48,307 bases of DNA from Nemertoderma westbladi (taxonomy: Eukaryota; Animalia; Xenacoelomorpha), in assembly GCA_032718475.1 (NCBI GenBank), contig JAUCBJ010002331.1, positions 1 to 48,307 on the forward strand, read 5' to 3'. The notes beneath the pieces were generated by a model. It made no database searches. It had not been told where the DNA came from and saw only the letters and a list, made by a program, of their open reading frames with translations. Made by a program: the position numbers and the translations under genes. Positions 32,864-43,524 of the stretch are shown one piece after another. Every line of letters begins with the position of its first letter. Position 1 is the stretch's first letter.

Positions 32864-35668
32864 ATGGCTGACACAAGGCAAACTCTGTCGGATAGTCTCC
32901 TAGAAACAACAGCCTGTTTCTCAGATCAAAGTGTAGAGAATCCCAGACCGAGGTCTGAAACCCCTCATACTGTAAGAAGGGCAACCCCTGCAGTGGTTGT
33001 GACAGAACCTAGGTTGGTAGAAAAGATTTCGCAATTTGCGAAGTTAGTGAAGCGCCGTTGGTCTGCCATAGGCACTCGGGCCCAAGTCAAGCGGGATCAA
33101 GAAGAAGCTATAAAACAGCAGCAACCTCCTAGCCAAGAACCTAGTTCTCAGCGGCCCGATAGCTCCAGTTGTTCGGATACTGTTGAGCGGACGCCCGAAC
33201 GCGGAGCGAAGATGGCGGATACGGTTTATGATGGGCGGCCAGCCTGTGGGGAATCAACCGACGCCACTTCTTCTCAAGTGGAAAGTGAGGTGGAAGGCGA
33301 AGTGGAAAGTGAGGTGGAAAGCGAAGTGGAAAGCGAGGTGGAAAGCGAAGTGGAAAGCGAATTAACATCAGCAGAGAAGCCGCAAACTAGAGACGCTATC
33401 GACATTTATTTGTCCGACTATCAGCGATTCCTAGGAGACGAAGAGTTGAGGAGACGGCTGTCTGGACTTTCCCCTAATAGTGAAGGAACCAAGCTTGTGT
33501 TGGACTCAATCGATGCCGAAATGTTAGCTGCAAACCAAGCTGAATGTGATGAAAAACTCCGCCTCACTAGAGTCCGAGAAGAGCAAGTAAAGAAAGAACT
33601 GATAGAGAGAAGAAGGGTAGCAGCAGCAAAAGCGGCAGAAGCAGAAGCAGAAAGAAAAACGGCGGAAGCCGAAAGAAAGGCAACAGTGGCAGAAGCAGAA
33701 CGGAGAGCGTCTGAGGAGACTATCCAACTGGAGTTGGAAAATCTGCAAGAGACACAAGACAGTATAAATAAACAGTTTACTGCTAATCAAATGCAGATGA
33801 TGAGAAAATCTACTCCCAAGCGCCAGGGGTACACATCCTCGGAGGAAGGCGATACTACCGATCCTGAAGGAGGAGGAAATAGATCTCATCTAAGTAGGCG
33901 TAGAAAAACATCTTACCGTCGCAAATTGCCTGATTTGCCCCCAGCTGTTAAAAGACAGCTAACTAGCACAGACTTAGGTAGTGCAGAACCCATAGAACAA
34001 TTTATCCAGGTCAAAAGACTCCCTACTATAGTCGATGAACCTGAAATAATTAGGCCTGTTGTTCCCAAAGTCACTTCTGTGCTAGAGACCCCTACACTTC
34101 CAGAGCTTAACTCTAAATTCCCTTTACATAGTACTACACTGCCTGTACCCGGTGGAACAGTCCATGCAAATACCCCTGTCCAGATAGCAGAGAGAGAAAT
34201 CAATAATTTGTCTCCCGTCGTCCCGCGTCAGCCCGCTACTATGTTGGCGACTCCCGCTTCGGCGGTTGAGTGGGTGGAAGAGGGACGGCGGGGGATGAAT
34301 CTCCTGCTAGGACAGATGCAGGAGACTGTCCACCAACTTAAGGGAACAGTGAGGGAAGGTAGAGCAGAGTTGCAAGAAGTGCAGCAAAGTATCGCGCTAG
34401 AACGCGACAAATTAGTCAATATACAAAAAGGCATACCAATGCCCCCTGTAACATTGTGTCAACCCGTTAGGTCTGAAGTATTACATGCGCAAGGTGTGGA
34501 GCCTACACGCATCTATACTGCTAGTGAAGTTGAAACTCCTATAGCAAACCCTATTAAGGGTGATTATAGACCTGTTATTAATGATATTCCCTATAGACCT
34601 GATAATGATCCGAGAAATTTATATACCGATAATTCGATATTAAATAACACGATGGCCCAAGAAAGCTTTACGCGTCAGATGGCTAGAACAGAAGCCCGCC
34701 AAGCGGTCAAAGTGGGAGAGATCGTCAAATTCAATGGAGATGAGATGAAATGGTTATCTTTCAACGAATATTACAAAGATAGCATACAGAACTCTGTACT
34801 ATCTAACGGAGAGAAACTTAGATTCCTCATCAAGTGCTTGGAAGGACCTCCCAAGTTAATGGCGTTAAAATTTATTGGACATCCAGATGGATTAAGACAA
34901 GTTTGGGATACATTAAACATCAGGTATGGTAACAAGGATAACATAGCTAAGTATTTGTATGCAAAATTAGTAGCCCCCCGACACTTCCTTAGTAGCGGGA
35001 TTATAGAGTTTTCCGATGAAATTCAAGAGATCTGTAGACAACTGGACTGGTTAGGTAAGTCGCATGAATATCAGAGTTCCATGGTTATTGGAGCCGTAGT
35101 CTCTACTTTACCAAAGGGTGGAGTATGTACACGCTGGGACAAGAAAGTGTTGTACATGAATGAACAACAACGACGAAGTCCTACCATGGCTGATCTCATG
35201 TCCTTCTTAGATAGTGAAGTGAAATTACAACTCATAAGGCAGTCCAGAGAGAAAACATCGGAAAATAAGGTAAGTGAGAAACCCGTTTCTAGGAGAAGGA
35301 TAATACCAGTGTGTTATACTGACGACGGCGAAAGCCAAGCTTCTCAAGAAGAGGACAGCGGGAAAGACACAGCAAAATCTTACTATGACAACAAGACCTA
35401 TAAAGACGTAAGTAAATACAAGTCTCGAACCAGTGACAGGAGAGAACAGGTAACAACAACTCCTCCTACGTCTCCTAAGAGAATTCACGGAAGAAAGCCC
35501 GAAGAAAGAACGAGAGTGCAGAACGTTAACCAAGTTAAGGTGAGTAACATCAAACCAAAATGTGCGCTGTGCGACGGGCCTCACCGTTTGAGTGCGTGTG
35601 CTGAATTTCTAAAGAAATTACAGAAAAGACTGTACGTCTGTAGACAGACGTACAGTCCTGTGGAATAA
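32864..35668 (+). CDS. gag: BEL/Pao Gag (frameshifted inside the zinc-knuckle region)
   Basis: KFNGDEMKWLSF..EKLRFLIKCLEG..VWDTLNIRYG; CALCDGPHRLSAC. The remaining knuckles CYNCLRSGH..C and CAKCGAKHHILLH lie in the +1 frame. Confidence 0.92.
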   Translation: MADTRQTLSDSLLETTACFSDQSVENPRPRSETPHTVRRATPAVVVTEPRLVEKISQFAKLVKRRWSAIGTRAQVKRDQEEAIKQQQPPSQEPSSQRPDSSSCSDTVERTPERGAKMADTVYDGRPACGESTDATSSQVESEVEGEVESEVESEVESEVESEVESELTSAEKPQTRDAIDIYLSDYQRFLGDEELRRRLSGLSPNSEGTKLVLDSIDAEMLAANQAECDEKLRLTRVREEQVKKELIERRRVAAAKAAEAEAERKTAEAERKATVAEAERRASEETIQLELENLQETQDSINKQFTANQMQMMRKSTPKRQGYTSSEEGDTTDPEGGGNRSHLSRRRKTSYRRKLPDLPPAVKRQLTSTDLGSAEPIEQFIQVKRLPTIVDEPEIIRPVVPKVTSVLETPTLPELNSKFPLHSTTLPVPGGTVHANTPVQIAEREINNLSPVVPRQPATMLATPASAVEWVEEGRRGMNLLLGQMQETVHQLKGTVREGRAELQEVQQSIALERDKLVNIQKGIPMPPVTLCQPVRSEVLHAQGVEPTRIYTASEVETPIANPIKGDYRPVINDIPYRPDNDPRNLYTDNSILNNTMAQESFTRQMARTEARQAVKVGEIVKFNGDEMKWLSFNEYYKDSIQNSVLSNGEKLRFLIKCLEGPPKLMALKFIGHPDGLRQVWDTLNIRYGNKDNIAKYLYAKLVAPRHFLSSGIIEFSDEIQEICRQLDWLGKSHEYQSSMVIGAVVSTLPKGGVCTRWDKKVLYMNEQQRRSPTMADLMSFLDSEVKLQLIRQSREKTSENKVSEKPVSRRRIIPVCYTDDGESQASQEEDSGKDTAKSYYDNKTYKDVSKYKSRTSDRREQVTTTPPTSPKRIHGRKPEERTRVQNVNQVKVSNIKPKCALCDGPHRLSACAEFLKKLQKRLYVCRQTYSPVE
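33274..33363 (+). repeat. 12-bp coding tandem repeat (VESE)n in gag
   Basis: GTGGAAAGYGAR units, about 7 copies. Confidence 0.9.
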
Positions 35669-37004
35669 GCGGTTATGCTATAATTGCCTCAGATCAGGAC
35701 ACCAACGGCGAACCTGTTACTCCGACGTAAAGTGTGCAAAGTGTGGCGCGAAACATCACATCTTGTTACACAGTGAGTTCGAACGAGACAACCAGAGTCA
35801 GGTAAGTGAGCCCAAATCACATGTCCAATTCAGTGATGTGAACGACACTGACCAAGGTTCTGAGTGGGAAGGATTCTATACAGACGAATTCTCCGATGCC
35901 AACGAATCCTGTTATCTAATAAATACCACAGTGTATCGAGCACTTACGGATGAAAAGGACACTGACGAGTTTACTCCAACTCCTTTTGACAAACAACCAT
36001 CTTGGAAAGTTCCAACTTCCAACATAGGAATAAGAGAATTTCCTGTAGTGCAAGTTCGAGTTCATGGTCCCAACAAGAGTTACATAGTGAACGCCCTACT
36101 TGACTCCGGCAGCACAGGAACATTCATCGATCAAGAACTAGCCGAAGATATCTTTGCTGGACAACCCAAGTTCCGGACTAAATTGAATATGTCAGGAATT
36201 ATACAGGTTTGGAAATCTACCCTAACGGCAGATTACTATGTAGGTGAGTTGTCCACCCCCCAGGATAAATTAGGAGCACAAAGTATAAGGTCAGTAAAAA
36301 TGGTGGCTATAAAGAACTTCGCTACTACCCAAGCAGACCTTTATAACTGGGACGAGGACGAGTGCATCCAACATCTTGAGATACCTCGATTCCAAACCGA
36401 TTATCCTGGAGTGCAAATACTCATCGGCCAAAACGCGCATGAGGCGCTCGAGCCATTAGAGAAACGGCCTGCTCAACCACAGCCACTACAAACTTATGCG
36501 GTAAGAACTAGAGTAGGTTGGTACTTCACTGGCCCTTCCCGTAGAACTCTCAAAGAGAGATTACCTCAACAACAGGTATACCAAGTAAAGGGGGAAGTGG
36601 AGAGCAGTGATGTGGACGATCCAACTGAGGGAACACCATACTCCTCAGATAATGACGATATTAACTCCAATGTAGATCAATGGAGACATTGCCTTGGGAC
36701 GATTAATCCAGCCGACATCGCTTCCAGAGGAGCAACTCCTCAAGAACTGATAGATATTCCAGGCTGGTTAGGTGGATCCGACTCCTTAAGTAAAGAAGAA
36801 GAAGAATGGCCTCCTCATCTTACCACGGCAGAAATTAGACAGGCCAAGGGAGCGGAGAAAGTAACACAACAACTCAATCGCCCAGCTAGTCGTTTATGTT
36901 TACTGGAAAGAGACCGAAAACTGTCCGAAAACTACGGAAGGCAAGATACTCTTCCTACGACTACTTCCTTAATCCGACAAATATCTAGGGACTCCATAAC
37001 GTGA
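35637..37004 (+). CDS. Gag knuckles plus aspartic protease plus in-frame pol remnants (no RT, RNase H core or integrase core)
   Basis: NALLDSGSTGTFI, ILIG, AVRTRVGW, then QWRHCLGTINPADIASRG..EEWP, HLTTAEIRQA, NRPASRLCLLE. Confidence 0.88.
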   Translation, partial: SVDRRTVLWNKRLCYNCLRSGHQRRTCYSDVKCAKCGAKHHILLHSEFERDNQSQVSEPKSHVQFSDVNDTDQGSEWEGFYTDEFSDANESCYLINTTVYRALTDEKDTDEFTPTPFDKQPSWKVPTSNIGIREFPVVQVRVHGPNKSYIVNALLDSGSTGTFIDQELAEDIFAGQPKFRTKLNMSGIIQVWKSTLTADYYVGELSTPQDKLGAQSIRSVKMVAIKNFATTQADLYNWDEDECIQHLEIPRFQTDYPGVQILIGQNAHEALEPLEKRPAQPQPLQTYAVRTRVGWYFTGPSRRTLKERLPQQQVYQVKGEVESSDVDDPTEGTPYSSDNDDINSNVDQWRHCLGTINPADIASRGATPQELIDIPGWLGGSDSLSKEEEEWPPHLTTAEIRQAKGAEKVTQQLNRPASRLCLLERDRKLSENYGRQDTLPTTTSLIRQISRDSIT

Positions 37005-38622
37005 TAGCATGTGGAGTGGGCGTGTGACTATATCATTTTATATTTGTTTTTATTTTATATTTATGTATGTATTATTATGTAATTTTATTATAATCGTTTT
37101 CTTTAATTTTATTTAGTAGAATGTTATTTTAGAATATTTAGTAAATTAGTGCAATATATTAGTGTTTATTACGTATTTAATTACTTACAATATATTTAGT
37201 GCGACGGCAAGAAGTAATTATTTTCTCTTTCCTTACTGTCCGTATTATATTATAAATGCGAGACTATAGTAAGATGACATGTCCGTACTTATTAAAGTAC
37301 AATAAAGCCACTACTATATTTAAGTATTATTGGTAGGCAGAGTATTAGGAATGCAAAGTTCAGATCCTCGTGTCTCGGCTAAACCAAGCTCTGGGTAGAC
37401 CTTGGAAACGACTTGCCTCTTCACACTGACATTGCTTCGTGCGATATTGCTCTTCTACCTTATAACAAATAATACATATAGTAGCGTGATGTCCCTCTAA
37501 CAGTAGCGTAAATCGCAAATAAATCTGTTAAACTTTTGACCATCTGTAATTCTAGTCGATTAAGATATCGTGGCACCCACCGATATACTTGAAAGACAAA
37601 TTCTAGAATCAGTGGTTAACGTCCCCAGACAAGTTCTGGAATAAATCGGTGCCCATCCTAAATATTAATTTAATATTTATTAAAATCTGTAAAATCTCGA
37701 TCCTTTAAAATTTCTAGTCAATTAAGATATCGCAGTATTTACCGATATTCTTAGAAGGACTATTTTATAGAATTAAGGATCCTAAGTCCCCAGATATGCT
37801 CTGGAATAAAATTTATGTCAATTTAACATCAAATAATAAAATTCACGGGAATAAATTTAAATTCATATTCAAATGAATTTCATAAATTGTCATTTTGTAC
37901 AATTTATAACATTCCCAAAATTCCAGTAATTAATAGATCATGGGAGCGGAGATTCATATTGAGTGTACTAGAGTGTGAGAATCTCCAACATATAGTCAAT
38001 AGCCGATAAAATTTATAAAATCATGCATAAAGAGGATATTGACAATTAAAGAATTACTATTAAATAACATCCCAGATCTGTATGCATGAGAATTACCCTA
38101 ATTCTACCGCTAGTTTTCCATAATGTCACCATGGCAACACCCACGCTAGAATTAGAAGCAAATTAAAGGAACAATAAAAAGCTTGCCCCATTGCGTAGCA
38201 TAAGAGTATACATAGCGCACTATTAGTATCCAAGGATACATAGTAATAACGTGACATTCTGGAAGACACTGACTAACGGACAAATGGCATGCATGTGTGC
38301 AGTAAGTAATGATTGTATGGAATTTGTGCGTTTATAGGTGAATGTTACTACTAAAGTGTGTTTACAGTAGCTAATCGCAATTGTAAAGTAGCCCTAACTC
38401 TACCGAGATAACCTCAAGTGGATTCAAGCTTTTGGGACGGACAGTGGTGGGACTTGTGCCGGTTATCGTTGTCGTGCTGTTGCTACATGTTGGCGTAAAC
38501 ACCGCGACAACGGTACATCGGCGCTGAGAAACCCACTGTCCGGGGTCAAAGACTAGTAGGCAGCGACGCTCGCTTGCCTAAATATTGACTCATACTAATA
38601 TTAATAAACTCAGATAGAAGAT

Positions 38623-40071
38623 ATGACGGAATTGATAGAAGATGACCTTGGTATTAGAGAGCGATATACTCTACCTTTACAAGCGTTTGTGGATAGCTTG
38701 ATACGCGGTGAAGCCGATCCGACTATTACGGAGGACGATGGTCGTTATATTGAACCGCCGATGTCCCAAGAGCAACTTACGCGTGAATTGGACTATCGAA
38801 AATTAACCGCTCGCTATACGCATCGTAATAATACGTATATGGACCTCCTAACTACCGGCCATCCTATCGATTTACATGATACGGACGATGTAGACACCGA
38901 AAGGGAAATGGTTCTATTTAAATATCATACCCAGCGGCGTCGTAACGATAAATCGAGAATAGATCACGAAAATTCTATTCGTAACAGACTGGGAAGACGA
39001 ACCAATATGTCTAGAATCTGAGGAGATTCAGCCTATCGCGCTCGGAACAGCGACAACGATTACATCCTAGAATGGTATCAAGGTCCACAGTGTCTCACTG
39101 CGTACGATTATCGCCATGCCAACTATGTTTCTCGACAACGTTATCGGTTATGCGCATCGAGAGACCATGTTACGCCCAGGGACACAAACGTCCGCTGTTC
39201 CTATTTCCACGAACAACCGGCGATGGAAATTTATTGCGCGTATTGCAGATTTAATAATTTGCACATTTTTGCGGTTTGCCCTCAATTTATGACTCAATGT
39301 CACCATTGTCAACTAAAGGGACATGCCAGTTTCGATTGCCCTTTTAATCACGATTTGGAAAGCGTAGATGAAATGATCACACTACGTTACATCAGAGCTT
39401 GGGAAGCGAACACTGATTTATATTGTGATTCACGCCATCGCTATTATCCTGGACGCGCCTACGAAGGAGTTTATGCGTTCCATCCATATTTGTTTGCCTC
39501 CGTCGAGCAGAAATCGCGCCTATCAAGTTATGAACTATTGAAGCGCGTTGGAGAATGTATTTCAACCAAATATGTACGCAAATTCCTCAGGAGCATTAAT
39601 CCGAGTGACATCAATTCGTATAACTTAATAAACTTTATCCGTCAAGATCCGGCCTATGGAGACTTATTTGTCAACTCATACCCTGAGTTACAGGAAGTAT
39701 ATCGACGGCCTTACGAGTACAGAGCCCGCGAACGCGAGTTGGAAAGAACCATTAAACCAAGGAAGTTTCTAACTGCCTATGGTCCACCCACGGCCCTCGT
39801 TCAGACCACTCGTAAAGGACCCGTAAGAGCGGCTGTCTTGAAACGAGCTCTCAAAGCCGTTAGACCCCTCTCCCCGGACGTTGATGTCAATCAACCCGGT
39901 ACTTCGACCGGCGGATATACCGATCGCAATCCCATACCTTCTGATGCAATCATATTGCACCCTTCACCCAGGAGTTATAGCCCTCCTCGTAAAGTGGCTC
40001 GCCCCAAAGAGAAAAGGACTCTTGCTAGCTTTAAAAAACTGCGTAAACGCCGTCCGCGCAAGAAAGACTAA
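38623..40071 (+). CDS. Accessory ORF of unknown function (482 codons with one in-frame TGA at 39019-39021), two CCHC-like knuckles, basic tail
   Basis: ORFs 38623-39021 and 39223-40071 share a frame and the 67 codons between them are open. CAYC..H....C and CHHCQLKGHASFDC; ends KKLRKRRPRKKD. Confidence 0.7.
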
Positions 40072-40141
40072 CTGTTTAGAGTATTTACGTATATTAGAAA
40101 CTGTGATTTTTGTATATTTATAGACTCAAATCCCATTTTCT

Positions 40142-40149
40142 GGGAGCGG
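40142..40149 (+). promoter_or_regulatory. Polypurine tract of element 2
   Basis: GGGAGCGG immediately before the 3' LTR. Confidence 0.7.
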
Positions 40150-41395
40150 TGTAAAAGCTTCTGTGGGATATAACTGGCCCCTTTTGCTTCGCAATCCAGT
40201 TTCCCCTCAGGCGCTGGAATACTCTAAAAAGGTTCTCTAACTGTATATATATTCCCCTCGCCCGCAAGGTACCGTTACAGGTGTTTTAACGGACATAAAA
40301 GTCATTCTGCTATATACGTGTTTTGGCGGACATGGTAAGGCAAAAAACCTGCAATGCACCAACTACCTTTCACAGCTTAGCCGTGATGATTCATATTACG
40401 ACATCTAACAGCTGGTTGCTGACATGGAAACAGCCATTGGACGCATAGTTCTTTGTTTGGCTTGAGCCAATCAGAGCGATTTTTCCTGTCGACGTGTAGC
40501 TTTTCGGCCGATCATAAGGAGAGTGTTCAGTCTTACTGTTTTTACTTGATACTTTGTTGTTATTGCTGTCTAAGCCAGAAACACCGGCTTTTTGGGAAGA
40601 ACTCTAGTAAAACTGCTTGAATTATCGAAAGTATAAACTGTTACCTTAACAAATCAATAACTCACTACTTAACATGCTCACTTAATTTAATTGCATTAAT
40701 CATATTGTTTGTACTGTTATTTTACCGTCAGTTATTAATTGTACCTATTTGTTGATGGAAATATTGCTCTTTGGATAATACGGATAAATCACCCAAATTC
40801 CCAATTTTCTTGATACACTACAGGTTAGAGAGACCGGCTATACATAACAATTGCGATTTATATTAATGTGGTGTGTATTGAATTCAATGTTATTTAGCAG
40901 ACCCTACGTGAGTCAATTGCTGCTCTCTTTATGTGTGATCAAATATACTGACGGTCGGCAGAATAGTGTGTATGATTGTGATTGGTAACAAAGTATTTCC
41001 TAAAGAATACGCTTTATACTTCAATCATAAGCAGTATCGTTGCGTTTTAGTATAAGTCTTAGTTCTGTTTAAATAGATAAAGCGCCACGTCCTAAAGGAA
41101 CTGTTAATACTTCCCGAAAGCCAATAATACCTGTCAGAGATTAATTATTAACGATCTATCGAATAATACAGTAGGTATACACTGCAACCTTACACTGCAA
41201 TAATAAAATTTAAGCATCCGAATTCAGTCTCCAGGGTGTAGATCCATCGGGTGAATGATCGCGCATGGGCTGACTTCGGCTAGTGTTTTGCGTATTAGCA
41301 TAAAATATTGTCATATGCTAAAGTGGTTTTAATTAACTAAAAGACATATAAATTTTGGCAGGTTAAACTGCTAAAGGTCTTCAAAAGCGCGAACA
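40150..41395 (+). repeat. 3' LTR of element 2
   Basis: Direct repeat of 29449-30694. Confidence 0.97.
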
Positions 41396-41813
41396 ACTCC
41401 ACTGTACGAGAACACGCCCTAGACGAGGATCACACCTTCAATTACAATGACTTCTCAATAATAGGTAGAGCTGATACTAATTACGACCTATTAATTAAAG
41501 AAAGCCTAGTTATCTCCCGCCACAGACCTACTCTAAATATTCAGGGAACCTCATTCCCTTTACTATTGTTCTAAAAACTACACACACTACATAGACCGTA
41601 TCTACAGTACTATACAGTATGTATTAATGTACTCATTATCAATTTAGTTGTCTGATTTCATGATTTTACCGTGCACTATTTTACTTAATTCAGTATTACG
41701 TATGCAAGTAGTTAGGCTCCTATATCTTCTCGTATTGTAATGTTTTCACATATTTTGCAGTAATATTAATAATTTAGAATGTAATTTAAACTTTATGTAT
41801 CTTACTGTAGTAT

Positions 41814-41853
41814 TGGCTGATGATGGTTTAATGTAATAAATCGAAACGTTCCG
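41814..41853 (+). ncRNA. Minimal type I hammerhead ribozyme, second copy
   Basis: TGGCTGATGATGGTTTAATGTAATAAATCGAAACGTTCCG, inverted copy of 28144-28183. Confidence 0.85.
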
Positions 41854-42002
41854 CTTAATTAATTATGGCATTCTTTTCATTCGCGCTAATTATTATAATT
41901 TTACTACGATTACGTTACCCCACTGGGACTTCAATAACCTCTGATTTCCTATTGTATTTAGCATTATTCTGAAATCATTTAGTAAAAGGGATTCCAGCTT
42001 AA

Positions 42003-43524
42003 CCCTATTAGTACCGGGCTATAAAATGTTGTACAAATAAAATCTTTCCCTCTAAAATCTACAAATATTTACGAAAACGTCTGATTTTTTGTTTGTACGT
42101 AGGTATCACTTGTCTGGATCCGACCGAAAAAAAAAATTTCGAAAAAATGTACTGGGGTGGTTATATTGCAGCACCAAAATTACAAGTAGTGCACAATTTG
42201 CACAAAATTTGAAAGTTACATTTTCGGCTAATTATTTTTCAATACAGGTTTTCTGGGGTGCAAAATACATTGGAAAATATTTAAAAATGATATGATTACT
42301 ATAAATGGCTGTTTAGTCCTCTCTGTGTAGGAAAAAAATGAAAAAAACAAGTAACCAGCACTTTTCAGTTAGAACACAAAATTTTTAATTCACTTATACC
42401 ATGCTATAAATTCACATTTTCAGGTTTTCGAGGGCGCTGATTCTAATGGAATACATTTCTAATATGCCAGATCATTGCTACTTGTATTTTTCGGCGTAAT
42501 TTGGCAAATTTTGGTGCTAGCACCAAATTTCGTACCCATCACCAAAAAGTACAAGTTCGCGATGTCCAGTGCTGTTTTTATTGATTCCATCGGATTCAGG
42601 ACCCTCATAAACCCGTATAACGCAAGAAACAAGGTGATACCTACTTATCAATTTACATATTTTCCAAAATTTGGTGCTGGCACAACAATTTTCACCCACC
42701 GGCGGAAAATACAAGTTTGAGAACTCTTATGGAATTTTTACTGATTCCATTTAATTCAGAACCATCACAAACCCGTATAACGCAAGAAACAAGGTGACAC
42801 AATCAATTGATATATTTGATGGTTTTCAAAATTTGGTGCTAGCACCACATTTTGCACCCACATCCGAAAAATACAAGATTGAGATGTCTAGTTCGATAAT
42901 TATATTTTCCATTGAATTCAGAACAGCCATAAACCTCTAAAACGCAAGAAATAAATTGTCACAAGCAATTTTAGCTATTGAATGGATTTTTAAAATTTCG
43001 CAAAATTTGCACACAACGCCGAAAAATACAAGTTTGATACGCTTGGTACAACTCGTATATATTTCATCGAATCCAGAACCCCAAAAAACCTCAATTACGT
43101 AAAAAACAAGTTTCAAACATTCAATTTACAAAATTGACTTATTTCAAAATTTGGTGCTGGCACCAAAATTTGGCACCCACCGAAAAAAACAAGTTTGAAA
43201 TCTCTAAATCAATTTATATGAATTCCGTCCAATTTCTAACACCAAAAACCGGTGTAAATCAAAAATAGAGATGTTACAATTCATATTTAATGAAATGTAA
43301 TTTTCAAAAAACGTCTCAAAAAAAGTGCCAAAAGTAGGGTTAAAAAATGGTGCTATAACTCGAAAAGTACCCAATATTTTTGAAAACGGTTTTCACTACT
43401 AGGAAGACAATAGATTTTTAGGAAAAGTCATAAATTTCAGATTCCCAACTGCGTTTGTTTCAGAATTATAATAAAAAACCACGGGGGGGTCATATTGACC
43501 CCCCCCCCCCCGGGTTTAATAGGG
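42003..43524. mobile_element. piggyBac-like non-autonomous element, long copy with ~120-bp internal subrepeats
   Basis: TTAA|CCCTATTAGTACCGGG...CCCGGGTTTAATAGGG|TTAA. Repeated AAATTTGGTGCTRGCACC..AAAATACAAGTT units. Confidence 0.9.

Larger units (their letters stand above)
29449..41395 (+). mobile_element. BEL/Pao-type LTR element 2 (11.9 kb, non-autonomous, with extra 3' ORF)
   Basis: Two 1246-bp TG..CA LTRs (three mismatches noticed), 5-bp TSD ACTCC (29444-29448, 41396-41400), BEL-type gag and protease. Confidence 0.96.
28090..41943 (-). mobile_element. 5'-truncated Penelope-like element with inverted pseudo-LTR, split by BEL element 2
   Basis: Body 28090-29371. Inverted copy of its 3' end at 29373-29448 plus 41401-41907, with a ~35-nt extension. 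13-bp duplication ATTTCCTATTGTA (28080-28092, 41944-41956). Confidence 0.9.

Noticed and set aside
33141-34434. Antisense and alternate-frame ORFs over gag (likewise over pol, RT and transposase)
   Set aside because: Shadows of the real coding frames and of low-complexity repeats.
38623-40071. env gene or selenoprotein
   Set aside because: No hydrophobic signal or transmembrane segment. No SECIS-like structure noticed in the short 3' region; CGA>TGA decay is the simpler explanation.
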